A stretch of DNA of 64,000 bases, taken from positions 364-64,363 of the forward strand of contig JAGVVD010000038.1 of the NCBI GenBank assembly GCA_019135865.1, written 5' to 3'. Of the stretch, positions 33,849-42,843 are shown piece after piece (within the stretch, counting starts at the first letter, position 1; each line of letters begins with the position of its first letter). A program made the translations under genes and the position numbers. This DNA comes from Elusimicrobiota bacterium (GTDB lineage Bacteria; Elusimicrobiota; Elusimicrobia; Elusimicrobiales; UBA9959). The notes under the pieces were generated by a model, which was not told the origin of the DNA, made no database searches, and saw only the letters and a program-made list of their open reading frames with translations.

Positions 33849-33987
33849 GTTCCTTTACCGGGCTTTCCTGTACTCTTAGATTATGCGATAACCGGCGCCG
33901 TTGTTGATGGGGCTTAAAGCCCATGTCCGGAGCGTTTTCTTTCCCTGCCGGGACTGGGCCCCTTGGGCCCCACGGGCCGCTTTTTGG

Positions 33988-33993
33988 TATATT
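33988..33993 (+). promoter_or_regulatory. -10 box TATATT 6 nt upstream of ATG 34000 (leaderless geometry)
   Basis: ctttttggTATATTggccttATG with no SD. Confidence 0.45.
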
Positions 33994-33999
33994 GGCCTT

Positions 34000-35082
34000 A
34001 TGAGGATAAAGGAATATTTCAGCGAGATGGAGAACGTGCGCAAGGAGATCTACGCCCTGCCGGGGATGAGCGACACCCGCGCGACGCTGGGAGCCGGGCT
34101 GGCCGGCTTCTGGGAACGCACGAAGTTCGCCGCCGGCCTTATCCTCAGGGAGAAGGAACTCATCGTTTTCGCGCTGCTGCAATGGGCCTGCATAGCGGCC
34201 GGCTATTATCTCTGGGTGGAGATCATCGGCTGGATCCCCGAGGAGGCCTGGCGGCGCTCCTCCAATTCCGACGGAGCCACGATAGGCGACCTGATCCTGC
34301 TGCTCTGGTCCTTCGCGGTGGTGGGACTGACCGCCTTCCCGCTCGGGATACTCTCGGGGGCCATGGGCGCGGTGCACGTGCAGTCCCGGCTGGGCTGCGA
34401 ATCCACCGTCGCCGGCTGCATGCGGATGGCGCTGCCGCGCGCTATGCCGTTGTGGATCTTCCACTGGATAGACGGCTGGTGGACGGTGATGCGCATACTC
34501 GACCGCTTGCCCAAGAAGCGTGACCGCCGTACGCCGCTGGAGAAGGCGATGAGCGAGGCGTTCTATTACGCATGGAAGGTGGCGACCATCGGCATACTGC
34601 CCGGGCTGGTGACGGGCCGGGGGCTGATCGACGCGGGCAAGCGGTCGGTAGGCATGGTCGCGGCCAGGTTCAGGGACGTTATGATACTGCGCGGCGGATA
34701 TTCCGCGCTGTGCTGGATAGTCGGGATAGGCGCCTATATCGGCACGATAGTTTTCTTCGTGATGTTCCCGGAGCTCGTGAACTTCGACCTGCCGATAGAG
34801 AGCACGATCTACAAGTTCTACTTCTGGGCCGGAGTGCCGGTGGTGACGGCGGCGGGCATGGTGCTGCTTTTCCTGCGGCCGATCTACATCATCTCGGCCT
34901 GCGACATCTACGCGGACTACGTGAGGGAGAAGGGGGAGAACCTGGTGCTGCCGCCGCCGCCGCGGGGCGTCGTGGGCGGCGACACTTTCGCCTTCCTCTT
35001 TTTCGCGATACTCGCCTTCATCGTGCTGGCGGCGTTCAAATTCCGCCACGAACTTGGGTTGATGGACCTGCTGGCCCGTTAG
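34000..35082 (+). CDS. polytopic membrane protein, unknown function
   Basis: MRIKEYFSEMENV... followed by at least 6 TM segments. The N-terminal part of the track ORF (from 33901) was dropped. Confidence 0.55.
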   Translation: MRIKEYFSEMENVRKEIYALPGMSDTRATLGAGLAGFWERTKFAAGLILREKELIVFALLQWACIAAGYYLWVEIIGWIPEEAWRRSSNSDGATIGDLILLLWSFAVVGLTAFPLGILSGAMGAVHVQSRLGCESTVAGCMRMALPRAMPLWIFHWIDGWWTVMRILDRLPKKRDRRTPLEKAMSEAFYYAWKVATIGILPGLVTGRGLIDAGKRSVGMVAARFRDVMILRGGYSALCWIVGIGAYIGTIVFFVMFPELVNFDLPIESTIYKFYFWAGVPVVTAAGMVLLFLRPIYIISACDIYADYVREKGENLVLPPPPRGVVGGDTFAFLFFAILAFIVLAAFKFRHELGLMDLLAR

Positions 35083-35091
35083 CGGTCGGCT

Positions 35092-36156
35092 TCAGTCGGG
35101 TTCGGCCGGGTAGACGCCCTTCGAGATGAGTTCCGATATCTTTTCCATCAGCCGCGCGTCGGCCGGGCAGGTCAGCGCGGCGTTGAGGCAGGTCCAGAGC
35201 GCCTCGCCGGGCAGGTCCTGACGCTCGAACCACAGCGCCAGGGCGTAGTGCGAGTAGGCGTCGTAGGGGTCGGCCTTGAGCGCCCTGTCGATGAAATCAG
35301 AGGCCTTATTGAAGTCGCCCAGTTCCGTGTAGCAACGGCCGATATTGGCCATGGCCTGGGCGTTCTTCCTGTCGGCGGCCAGCGCTTCGCGGAAATGGGC
35401 CATCGCCCCGCGGTAATCCTCTCCCGCGGCCGCCAGCCAGCCCAGTATCAGCCGGGGCCAGGCGTCCTTATGACCCATGTCCACGGCCAGCTGCGCGTCG
35501 GCGGCGGCCTCCTCCGGCCTGTCCAGGTTGAAAAGGGCCAGCGCGCGGTGCGTGCGGACCTCGCTGTCGTCGCGGCCCAGTTCCAGCGCCCGGTCGCAGT
35601 CGGCCAGGGCGGCGGCGTGGTCGTCGCGGTAGATATGGGCCAGCGCCCGCTCCACGTAGAGCTGCGGGGAATCCGGTTTCAGCGCCGCGGCCCGGGTGAG
35701 GTCGGCCACGGCCTCGCCGCCCCAGTCGCGGGCGGGGTCGTCTATGCCGTACCAGCGCAGCCGGTCGGAGGCGCGGTAGCCGGCGCGGTGCATGGAGGCT
35801 ATCTCGCTCTTGAGCTGCGAGCGCAGGACCAGCAGGTTCTCGTTCTCGCCGTCGGCCTTGACGGCGCGGTCGAGGTCGGCCAGCGCGCGGCCGTAATCGG
35901 CCTTCTCCCACCAGCACAGGGCCCGGCCCGAGAGGGCGCGCGGTTCGGGCGATTTTTTTATGACGGAATTGAAGCGCCTCAGGGCCGGCGCCAGGCGGCG
36001 GCGCCCGAGCAGCTTCATCGCCGCCTCCAGCGACCGGCTGCGGCCGGCCGACGGTTTGTAGCCGGGCAGGACGTCCCGCATGATGCTGTCGAAGCGGGCC
36101 GCCGCCGCGTCCGGGCGGGCCTTCTTGATGAGGCTGAATCTTTTCCTGAGGTCCAT
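35092..36156 (-). CDS. TPR repeat protein
   Basis: Repeated A..Y..A..D..A..L.P pattern. ATG 36156 is preferred, with TAGAAT 11 nt upstream on the minus strand. Confidence 0.75.
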   Translation of the reverse strand: MDLRKRFSLIKKARPDAAAARFDSIMRDVLPGYKPSAGRSRSLEAAMKLLGRRRLAPALRRFNSVIKKSPEPRALSGRALCWWEKADYGRALADLDRAVKADGENENLLVLRSQLKSEIASMHRAGYRASDRLRWYGIDDPARDWGGEAVADLTRAAALKPDSPQLYVERALAHIYRDDHAAALADCDRALELGRDDSEVRTHRALALFNLDRPEEAAADAQLAVDMGHKDAWPRLILGWLAAAGEDYRGAMAHFREALAADRKNAQAMANIGRCYTELGDFNKASDFIDRALKADPYDAYSHYALALWFERQDLPGEALWTCLNAALTCPADARLMEKISELISKGVYPAEPD

Positions 36157-36260
36157 GGCTTCCCTATATTCTACCAGTTTGACCGCCGCCGACGGAAATT
36201 TGCCGCCGCCCCGCAAAAAGGTGTAACATTCCCGGACCAGATCTTTTCCCGGAGAAACAA

Positions 36261-36887
36261 ATGCCCCACAATAAGAAACGCCCCTACAAGATCTCCCTTA
36301 TCTCCACCCACGGCACCGGCAAGACCACCCTCTGCTACGAGGTGGCGGCCGAGCTCAAGAAGCGGGGCCTCAAGGTGAAGGTCTTCTCCGAGATAGCGGC
36401 CGCCGCCTTCGAGCAGGGCATACCGATAAACGAGAGCACCACGCTGCCGGCGCAGATGTACATCATGATGCAGCACATCACCGAGGAACTGCGCGGCACG
36501 CTGCGCCATTACCAGGTGGTGGTCTGCGACCGCAGCGTCTTCGACAACCTGGTCTACCTGGAGCGCCGCTGCGGCGAGAACAGGATGCTGCGCGACTTCC
36601 TGCGCGGCTACGCCGAGACCTTCCCCTACGACGTCATCTACAAGCTGCCGATGGTGGGAGAGCTGGTGGACGACGGCATCCGCGACGCGCAGAGCGAGGA
36701 GTTCCGCAAGGACATCTACGACCGGCTCAATACGCTGCTCGACGAATTCCGCATAAACCACCGCACGCTGCCCGAGCCGACCACCGAGCTCCGCAAGGAA
36801 TGGGCCGACCATATAGTGGACGAGACCCTGGCCGCCCTTAACTGGAGCCCGTCCAGGATCGCCAAAAAGACCGCCGCCGCGGCCTGA
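36261..36887 (+). CDS. P-loop NTPase (AAA_28/NadR-kinase-like)
   Basis: Walker A STHGTGKTT and Walker B-like VVVCDRS. Confidence 0.7.
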   Translation: MPHNKKRPYKISLISTHGTGKTTLCYEVAAELKKRGLKVKVFSEIAAAAFEQGIPINESTTLPAQMYIMMQHITEELRGTLRHYQVVVCDRSVFDNLVYLERRCGENRMLRDFLRGYAETFPYDVIYKLPMVGELVDDGIRDAQSEEFRKDIYDRLNTLLDEFRINHRTLPEPTTELRKEWADHIVDETLAALNWSPSRIAKKTAAAA

Positions 36888-36903
36888 AACCCGCGGCAAA
36901 GCG

Positions 36904-36940
36904 AAAGCCCCCGGGCCTTGCGAAGGCCGGGGGCTTTTTC
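36904..36940. terminator. bidirectional terminator between convergent genes
   Basis: aaagcccccgggcc-ttgcgaa-ggccgggggcttttt. Confidence 0.6.
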
Positions 36941-36952
36941 ATGGCGGCGATC

Positions 36953-37570
36953 CTATTTCGCGGCTTCCTTTATGGCGGACCGCACGGCGGCGGCCATAAG
37001 GGCCAGGGGCAGAGAGGGGGAAATGTTCTTCCCGGGCTTCTCTTTCAGCGCCATCTCCGTGCTGACCGGAATGTGGATGAAAGCGTATTTCGTCTTCATA
37101 CCGGCCTTGTCTATCGCCCGCATGGCGCGGTACATCAGCGTATTGCAGACGTATCCGCCGGCGTGGTTGCTGACATAAGCGGGCGCGCCGGCGCGGCGGC
37201 AGGCGGCCGAAAGTTCTCGCGGGTCGATCGTCACGGCATAGGCCGCCGGTCCGGACGGGTCCAGCTTCTCTCCTTCGGGACGCCAGCCCGCATTATCCTT
37301 TATCCCGTAATCCGCGACATTGAGACCGAAGCGCTCCACCCGTATGGCGGCCTCGCCGGCTGCCAGGCCCAGCGATATCAGTAGGTCCGGCTTCAGGCGG
37401 GCCAGCAGGGCCTCGATCTTTTTGCCTACGGACCGGCCTTCCACGGGCAGCCGCGCCTTTAAAAGACGCGCGCCGGGCGGGGCCTTCAATACCGCCAGCA
37501 CGCGCAGGGTGGGGTTCTCCGCCCTGCCGCCGAAAGGTTCGAAAGCGGTAACGAGTATTTTCTTCGCCAT
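36953..37570 (-). CDS. pcp: pyroglutamyl-peptidase I
   Basis: MAKKILVTAFEPFGG..., GGYVCNTLMY (Cys) and AFIHIP (His). The upstream 94 codons of the track ORF were rejected. Confidence 0.85.
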   Translation of the reverse strand: MAKKILVTAFEPFGGRAENPTLRVLAVLKAPPGARLLKARLPVEGRSVGKKIEALLARLKPDLLISLGLAAGEAAIRVERFGLNVADYGIKDNAGWRPEGEKLDPSGPAAYAVTIDPRELSAACRRAGAPAYVSNHAGGYVCNTLMYRAMRAIDKAGMKTKYAFIHIPVSTEMALKEKPGKNISPSLPLALMAAAVRSAIKEAAK

Positions 37571-37576
37571 GGCGAT

Positions 37577-37582
37577 ATTATA
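37577..37582 (-). promoter_or_regulatory. -10 box TATAAT 6 nt upstream of pcp ATG 37570 (leaderless geometry, minus strand)
   Basis: Minus strand reads acaTATAATatcgccATG. Confidence 0.5.
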
Positions 37583-37588
37583 TGTAAG

Positions 37589-37617
37589 TTGACAGGACTT
37601 TCCGTATGGCTTAAAAT
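37589..37617 (+). promoter_or_regulatory. near-consensus sigma70 promoter for 37647 and mgtE
   Basis: TTGACA(37589-37594), 17-nt spacer, TAAAAT(37612-37617). Confidence 0.6.
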
Positions 37618-37646
37618 TGGGTGTAGCGATCCTGCGGGTGAGGACG

Positions 37647-38045
37647 ATGACCACGAACAGGAAATATGATCCGGCCGTTGAAATGGCGAAAGGCGCCAAA
37701 CTGACGGCGCTTTCTTTTGACAAGCTGCAGAAGGTTTCCGTGACCAGGCCTCTCGTCACGGTGGGCGGGCGGCCGGGTTCCGTCGAGTTCTCCGGAAGGG
37801 CCAGGGGCCGGGGCGCCGGCATAGAAGGGACCATGTCCGTCTGGCTCTCCATCTTCCGCTACGGCCGGCCCGACGGTACGGTGAACCATGTCGCGGGCTG
37901 GAACGTGACGCTGCCGCTCAAGCCCGGTCAGAAGCCCGAGATCACCGCGAAGGATTTCGAGAAGTTCATCAATTCCGCCTCCCGCCCGTACCGGGCGAAG
38001 GCGGTCGGGACCGCGCTGAGCATAACCTACGCCGAAAAGGACTGA
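37647..38045 (+). CDS. hypothetical protein
   Basis: ATG with SD gaggacg. 132 aa, ending 3 nt before mgtE. Confidence 0.5.
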   Translation: MTTNRKYDPAVEMAKGAKLTALSFDKLQKVSVTRPLVTVGGRPGSVEFSGRARGRGAGIEGTMSVWLSIFRYGRPDGTVNHVAGWNVTLPLKPGQKPEITAKDFEKFINSASRPYRAKAVGTALSITYAEKD

Positions 38046-38048
38046 ACC

Positions 38049-39290
38049 GTGACCTCATCGACCATCGAAGCCCCCGAAAGAACGGCCGTTCCTTCCGACC
38101 CGGAAGAACTGGCGCAGTCCCTGTCCGGCCTGGATACGCCGGCGGCCGCCTCGCTGCTGGAGAGGGCGGAGACCGGACCGGCCATGGGCGCGCTGCGCCT
38201 CATGGACCCGCAGGCCGCCGAGCATATATTGGCGGCCCTCCCGGCCGGGGACCGCGACAGGATAACCGCCGCGCTGCCCAAGGAGGTGCGCGACCAGTGG
38301 GCCTCCAACCTGACCTTCCCGAAGGGCAGCGTGGGCCGGATGATGGACCCGGTCTGGGCCGTATTCCGGCCGGAGACGACCGTGGCGCAGGCGATAGAGG
38401 CGCTGAGGGTACTGGTCAAGCGCGAGTTCATCACCTACGCCTTCGTGACCGGCGAGGAGAATCGCCTCACAGGCGTGATAGTCATGCGCGATCTGCTTTT
38501 CGCCGATCCGCGGGCGAGGCTCGACGAGGTCATGCTCAGGGCCCCGTTCAGCCTGCGCGCCGACATGCAGCTCATGGACGCCATGCGCGAGGTCCTGACG
38601 CGCCATTTCCCCGTCTACCCGGTGACCAATTCGCTCGGAACGCTGGTAGGCGCCGTGCGCGGCCGGAGATTGTTCGAGGCGCAGGCCATCGAGATAAGCG
38701 CGCAGGCCGGCAGCATGGTCGGCGTCGAAAAGGAAGAGAAGCTTTCCACCCCTTGGCCGCGCAGTTTTAAGTACCGCCATCCCTGGCTGCAACTGAACCT
38801 CCTCACCGCCTTCGTCGCCGGCGGCGTGGTCAGTCTCTTCCAGGGCACGATAGACCAGATAGTGATACTGGCGGCCTTCCTGCCGGTGCTGGCCGGCCAG
38901 TCGGGCAACGCGGGCTGCCAGGCTCTGGCCGTGACCATACGCGGCATGACGCTGCACGAGCTGAAGGACGGCTCGGCCTGGCGGCTGATGAGCAAGGAGA
39001 GCCTGCTGGGCCTGCTCAACGGAGGCATCGTGGGAGTGGTGGCGGGCATAGGCATGTTCCTGCTGGCCAGGAGCCAGGGGAATCCGCAGGCGCTGCCGCT
39101 GGCGCTCATCGTGGTGGCCGCCATGACCGGCAGCTGCGTGGTCAGCGGCCTCTTCGGCGCGATAGTGCCGATAGCGCTCAAGCGCCTCGGTGCGGACCCG
39201 GCGACCGCCTCGAGCATCTTCCTGACCACGGCCACCGACGTGGCCAGCATGGGCCTGCTGCTGTCGCTGGCAACGGTCTTTCTGCTGTGA
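38049..39290 (+). CDS. mgtE: magnesium transporter MgtE
   Basis: MgtE N-domain, CBS pair (VIVMRDLL..., YPVTNSLGTLVGAV) and TM domain with AGQSGNAGCQ. Confidence 0.9.
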   Translation: MTSSTIEAPERTAVPSDPEELAQSLSGLDTPAAASLLERAETGPAMGALRLMDPQAAEHILAALPAGDRDRITAALPKEVRDQWASNLTFPKGSVGRMMDPVWAVFRPETTVAQAIEALRVLVKREFITYAFVTGEENRLTGVIVMRDLLFADPRARLDEVMLRAPFSLRADMQLMDAMREVLTRHFPVYPVTNSLGTLVGAVRGRRLFEAQAIEISAQAGSMVGVEKEEKLSTPWPRSFKYRHPWLQLNLLTAFVAGGVVSLFQGTIDQIVILAAFLPVLAGQSGNAGCQALAVTIRGMTLHELKDGSAWRLMSKESLLGLLNGGIVGVVAGIGMFLLARSQGNPQALPLALIVVAAMTGSCVVSGLFGAIVPIALKRLGADPATASSIFLTTATDVASMGLLLSLATVFLL

Positions 39291-39365
39291 AGCCGCGCAC
39301 GGTCAGGGTCTTTTGACGCGGCCGCCCTGGGCCTTTCTTCCCTGTCGCGGACGCGCGGCTGATAT

Positions 39366-39371
39366 TAAAAT
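39366..39371 (+). promoter_or_regulatory. -10 box TAAAAT 6 nt upstream of ATG 39378 (leaderless geometry)
   Basis: gatatTAAAATagacgcATG with no SD. Confidence 0.5.
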
Positions 39372-39377
39372 AGACGC

Positions 39378-40100
39378 ATGAGCAAAAAACTCCTGCGTCT
39401 TTTTATCCTCCCGCTTTATCTCCTTACTCTCCCGTTCTTCCTCTCGGCCCAGGCCGTTCCGGCGGTCCTCTCAGCTGCGGAGGAGAAAGCCGCCTCTTCC
39501 GGTTACTACCTGGACCCCTCCTCGCTGGACCTCTCCCCCGTGCCGGCCGCTCCGGCGTCAGGCTCGAGCGCCGACCTGGAGGATTTCGAGACCCTCTTCG
39601 CCTGGCAGCAGTACCGCACCGCGGAGCAATGCGCCGCGGCCAGGGCCGAGATGTCGCATAATTTTCAGGTCTTCTTCGGCGCCATCGACCCGTTCTACGA
39701 CGACCAGGCCCCGGAGGTGAAGGGCTTCTTCAAGAACCTCGAGAAGGATTCCACCGCGGCCCACCGCTATTTCAAGGACATCTACCGCCGCGACAGGCCC
39801 TTCCTGCGCGACGCCCGCCTGAAACCCTGCCTGCCGCGGGTGGCGGGCTACGCCTATCCCAGCGGCCATTCCACTATGGCCCGGCTCTTCGCGCGCGTGC
39901 TTTCCGACCTGGTCCCGTCGCGCGCCGCGGAGTTCATGGCCCGCGCCGACCAGGCCGCGCTCAACCGCGTCATAGGCGGCGTCCATCATCCCACGGACCT
40001 CGAGGCAGGCAAGGCCCTCGCCGACGCGCTTTACGCGGAACTGCGGGCGCTGCCGTCGTTCAACGCCGACATGAACGCGCTCCGCCGCCACCTGCGCTGA
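39378..40100 (+). CDS. secreted PAP2-family (class A) acid phosphatase
   Basis: KDIYRRDRPF, YPSGHS and RVIGGVHHPTD motifs, plus a signal peptide. Confidence 0.85.
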   Translation: MSKKLLRLFILPLYLLTLPFFLSAQAVPAVLSAAEEKAASSGYYLDPSSLDLSPVPAAPASGSSADLEDFETLFAWQQYRTAEQCAAARAEMSHNFQVFFGAIDPFYDDQAPEVKGFFKNLEKDSTAAHRYFKDIYRRDRPFLRDARLKPCLPRVAGYAYPSGHSTMARLFARVLSDLVPSRAAEFMARADQAALNRVIGGVHHPTDLEAGKALADALYAELRALPSFNADMNALRRHLR

Positions 40101-40178
40101 ACGACCGCCGCCGTTTTTTTTTGTATCATTTAGGTATACCGGGCCCGCTGGAACGCGGGCCTTCTCAATGGAGAGACG

Positions 40179-41090
40179 ATGAAGAACACTATCCTGGTGG
40201 TGGGTTCGGTCGCCCTGGATTCGGTCAGGACCATACACGGCAGTACGGACAGGGCGCTGGGCGGTTCGGCGGTGCATTTTTCGCTCTCGGCCTCCAATTT
40301 CTCGCCGGTCAAGATGGTCGGCGTGGTGGGCGAGGACTTCCCGGCCCACTTCAGCCGGTTCCTTTCACGCAGGAACATCTGCACCGCGGGCCTGCAGGTG
40401 GAGCCCGGCAAGACCTTCCACTGGGTGGGGGAGTACGACAAGGATTTCAAGAACGCGACCACCATCGCCACGCATCTCAACGTCTTCCAGCAGTTCAGGC
40501 CCTGCCTCAACAAGGACCACGCGCGCTGCGGCGTGCTTTTCCTGGCCAATATCGACCCCGACCTGCAGCGCGGCGTGCTCAAGCAGGCCAGGACCGGCCG
40601 GCTGGTGGCCTGCGACACCATGAACTACTGGATCTCGCTCAAGCGGCGGTCGCTGCTCAAGCTCCTGCCCGACGTGGACCTCCTGTTCGTCAACGAGGAG
40701 GAGGCGCGGCAGCTGACCGGCGAGCATAACCTGATAAAGGCCGCGCGGATAATCTCGAAAATGGGGCCCGACGCCGTGGTCATCAAGCGCGGCGACAGCG
40801 GCGCCATGCTGTTCTACGGCGGCGAGACGCTCTCCATGCCGGCGCATCCCGTGGAGAAAGTGGTGGACCCCACCGGGGCCGGCGATACCTTCGCCGGCGG
40901 GTTCGTGGGCTACCTGGCCTCGACGCCGGACTGGAAGAGTTTCGCCGCGCTGCGCCGCGCCATGGCCTACGGCACCGTCATGTCCTCGTTCAGCGTGGAG
41001 GATTTCAGCGTGCGGCGCATGGGCCGGCTCACCAGGGCCGAGATGTGCCGGCGCTATGAGAAGTACATCGGCGCGCTCAGGGTTTCCTGA
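40179..41090 (+). CDS. PfkB-family carbohydrate kinase
   Basis: N-terminal GSVALD and DPTGAGDTFAGGF. Confidence 0.85.
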   Translation: MKNTILVVGSVALDSVRTIHGSTDRALGGSAVHFSLSASNFSPVKMVGVVGEDFPAHFSRFLSRRNICTAGLQVEPGKTFHWVGEYDKDFKNATTIATHLNVFQQFRPCLNKDHARCGVLFLANIDPDLQRGVLKQARTGRLVACDTMNYWISLKRRSLLKLLPDVDLLFVNEEEARQLTGEHNLIKAARIISKMGPDAVVIKRGDSGAMLFYGGETLSMPAHPVEKVVDPTGAGDTFAGGFVGYLASTPDWKSFAALRRAMAYGTVMSSFSVEDFSVRRMGRLTRAEMCRRYEKYIGALRVS

Positions 41091-41200
41091 AGATATAGGC
41101 CTTTAGACCTATACGGAGTATAGGTCTCCCGCCCTTACCCCCCGGTTCCGCCGGGGGGTATACTTTTTATATCCCCCAGCGCAGTAAAGGTGCTACGCCT

Positions 41201-42394
41201 ATGCTCAATAAGACTATCCTGCCGCTGTTCCTTGCGACTTTCCTTTGCGCGGGCGCTCCCCCTGAGCGCGATCTTTCCAACCCCCTGCCCAACTGGGTGG
41301 ACCCGGCCCGCGAAGCGCCGGTATCCTCGGATAAGATATTCGTCAACCGCCTCCGCACTCCCACGCCCTCCGGTTTCCGCATACCGGCCGAGTACGAGCC
41401 GGTCGGCGCGGTGGTCATGGGTTGGGCCGGCTATACCGATATGCTCTCCTCCATAGCGCGCGCCGCGGCCGGCACGGGCGCCAATGTGCTGGCCGTCTGG
41501 GGCCCGCAGTCCATCTCCGGCGTGCCCGCAGAGAACTATACCCCGGTGAACCTGTCCATCGACACCGTCTGGGTGCGCGACTACGGCCCGTTCGGCCTTA
41601 CCGGCCCCGGCCGCCTCGGCATAGTCGATTCCATCTACCGCCACTATAACTACAGGCCGGACGACGACGCGCTGCCGGTCAACCTCGGCCGCGCCATGAG
41701 CGTGGAAGTGTTCGGCGTGCCGGTGATACTCGACGGCGGGAACATCATGTTCGACTCCTACGGCAACCTGTTCATGACCAGGCGCACCTACCTGTGGAAC
41801 TCGAACATGAGCCAGGAGCGGGTGGACGCGGCGCTCAAGGAATATTTCAAGGTCAAGAACGTCTACGCCTTCGACTACGCCGGCTATCCCGGCCAGCCGG
41901 AGGACGGCACCGGCCATATCGACATGTTCATGAAGCTGCTCAACGACCACACGGTGCTGATAGCGCTGGCCGATACCGAGCCGTTCAAGTCCAATTCCGA
42001 GAAGGCGCTGGCCTGGTTCCAGGGCCGCCGCGCCCCGGACGGGCAGCCTTATAAGATAATAACGGTGAAGGGCTGGGAGAATTACGGCACCTGGTACACC
42101 TACACCAATTCGCTGATAGTCAACAACACGGTCATCATGCCGTCCTACCGCGGGGCTTCCTCCCAGGAGGCCCAGGCGATCGCGGCCTACCGCGAGGGCA
42201 TGCCTGGCGTGAACGTGGTGCCGGTCAACTCCGATTCCAGCATACGCTCCGGCGGCTCCATACACTGCGTGACGCAGACGCTGCCGGTGCTGCCTGGCAA
42301 GAAGGACGCGAAAGACTATGCCGGCGAAGTGAAAGAGTCCTCCGCTCCGGTCTCCCCGGCCATGGACCAGCTCGTGGAGATGTCGTCGAAGTAA
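41201..42394 (+). CDS. agmatine deiminase / PAD_porph family protein with an N-terminal signal-like extension
   Basis: VWVRDYGPF, GTGHIDMF and GGSIHCVTQ (catalytic Cys). The N-terminus is MLNKTILPLFLATFLCAGA. Confidence 0.85.
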   Translation: MLNKTILPLFLATFLCAGAPPERDLSNPLPNWVDPAREAPVSSDKIFVNRLRTPTPSGFRIPAEYEPVGAVVMGWAGYTDMLSSIARAAAGTGANVLAVWGPQSISGVPAENYTPVNLSIDTVWVRDYGPFGLTGPGRLGIVDSIYRHYNYRPDDDALPVNLGRAMSVEVFGVPVILDGGNIMFDSYGNLFMTRRTYLWNSNMSQERVDAALKEYFKVKNVYAFDYAGYPGQPEDGTGHIDMFMKLLNDHTVLIALADTEPFKSNSEKALAWFQGRRAPDGQPYKIITVKGWENYGTWYTYTNSLIVNNTVIMPSYRGASSQEAQAIAAYREGMPGVNVVPVNSDSSIRSGGSIHCVTQTLPVLPGKKDAKDYAGEVKESSAPVSPAMDQLVEMSSK

Positions 42395-42413
42395 ATAACC
42401 CCTCCTTCACATG

Positions 42414-42447
42414 AAAAAGGCCCCAGACAGGGGCCTTTTTCGTTTTT
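42414..42447. terminator. bidirectional terminator (ends both the aguA-like gene and the ech operon)
   Basis: aaaaaggcccc-agaca-ggggccttttt cgttttt. Confidence 0.75.
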
Positions 42448-42462
42448 GCGGAGAGAAAACGG

Positions 42463-42837
42463 TTACTTCGCAGGGGCCGTCGGCGGCGCGGCCGGGCCGG
42501 TCTTCTTCTCAACGCTGCCGGCTCGGTCGGAGCCGTAAGGAGCGGGGCGCGCGCTGCGCGCCTCTATGCACTTCTTCGGGCAGACCTCCACGCAGCGCAT
42601 GCAGGCCAGGCAGCGCAGCTGGTCCACCTGCCAGGTCTTCTCGGCCCGCACCACGGTTATGGCCTTGCTGGGACACTTGTTCTGGCAGATGCCGCAGAAA
42701 ATGCACTCGGCCTCGCGCATGGTTATGCTGCCGCGCGTGCGGGCGAAAGGTTCGCGCACCTCGTGCGGGTAAAGCCTGGTGGCGGGCTTCTTGAAGAGAT
42801 TAGCGAGAGCGGCGGGTATGAGCGGAGAGATGGCCAT
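42463..42837 (-). CDS. echF: Ech hydrogenase subunit F (2x[4Fe-4S] ferredoxin, NuoI-like)
   Basis: CIFCGICQNKCP and CLACMRCVEVCP. Confidence 0.85.
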   Translation of the reverse strand: MAISPLIPAALANLFKKPATRLYPHEVREPFARTRGSITMREAECIFCGICQNKCPSKAITVVRAEKTWQVDQLRCLACMRCVEVCPKKCIEARSARPAPYGSDRAGSVEKKTGPAAPPTAPAK

Positions 42838-42843
42838 TGCTCG

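Noticed and set aside
38046-38048. Possible M-box (Mg2+) riboswitch upstream of mgtE
   Set aside because: Only 3 nt separate mgtE from the preceding ORF. The leader from the 37589 promoter is about 25 nt, which leaves no room for a roughly 160-nt M-box.
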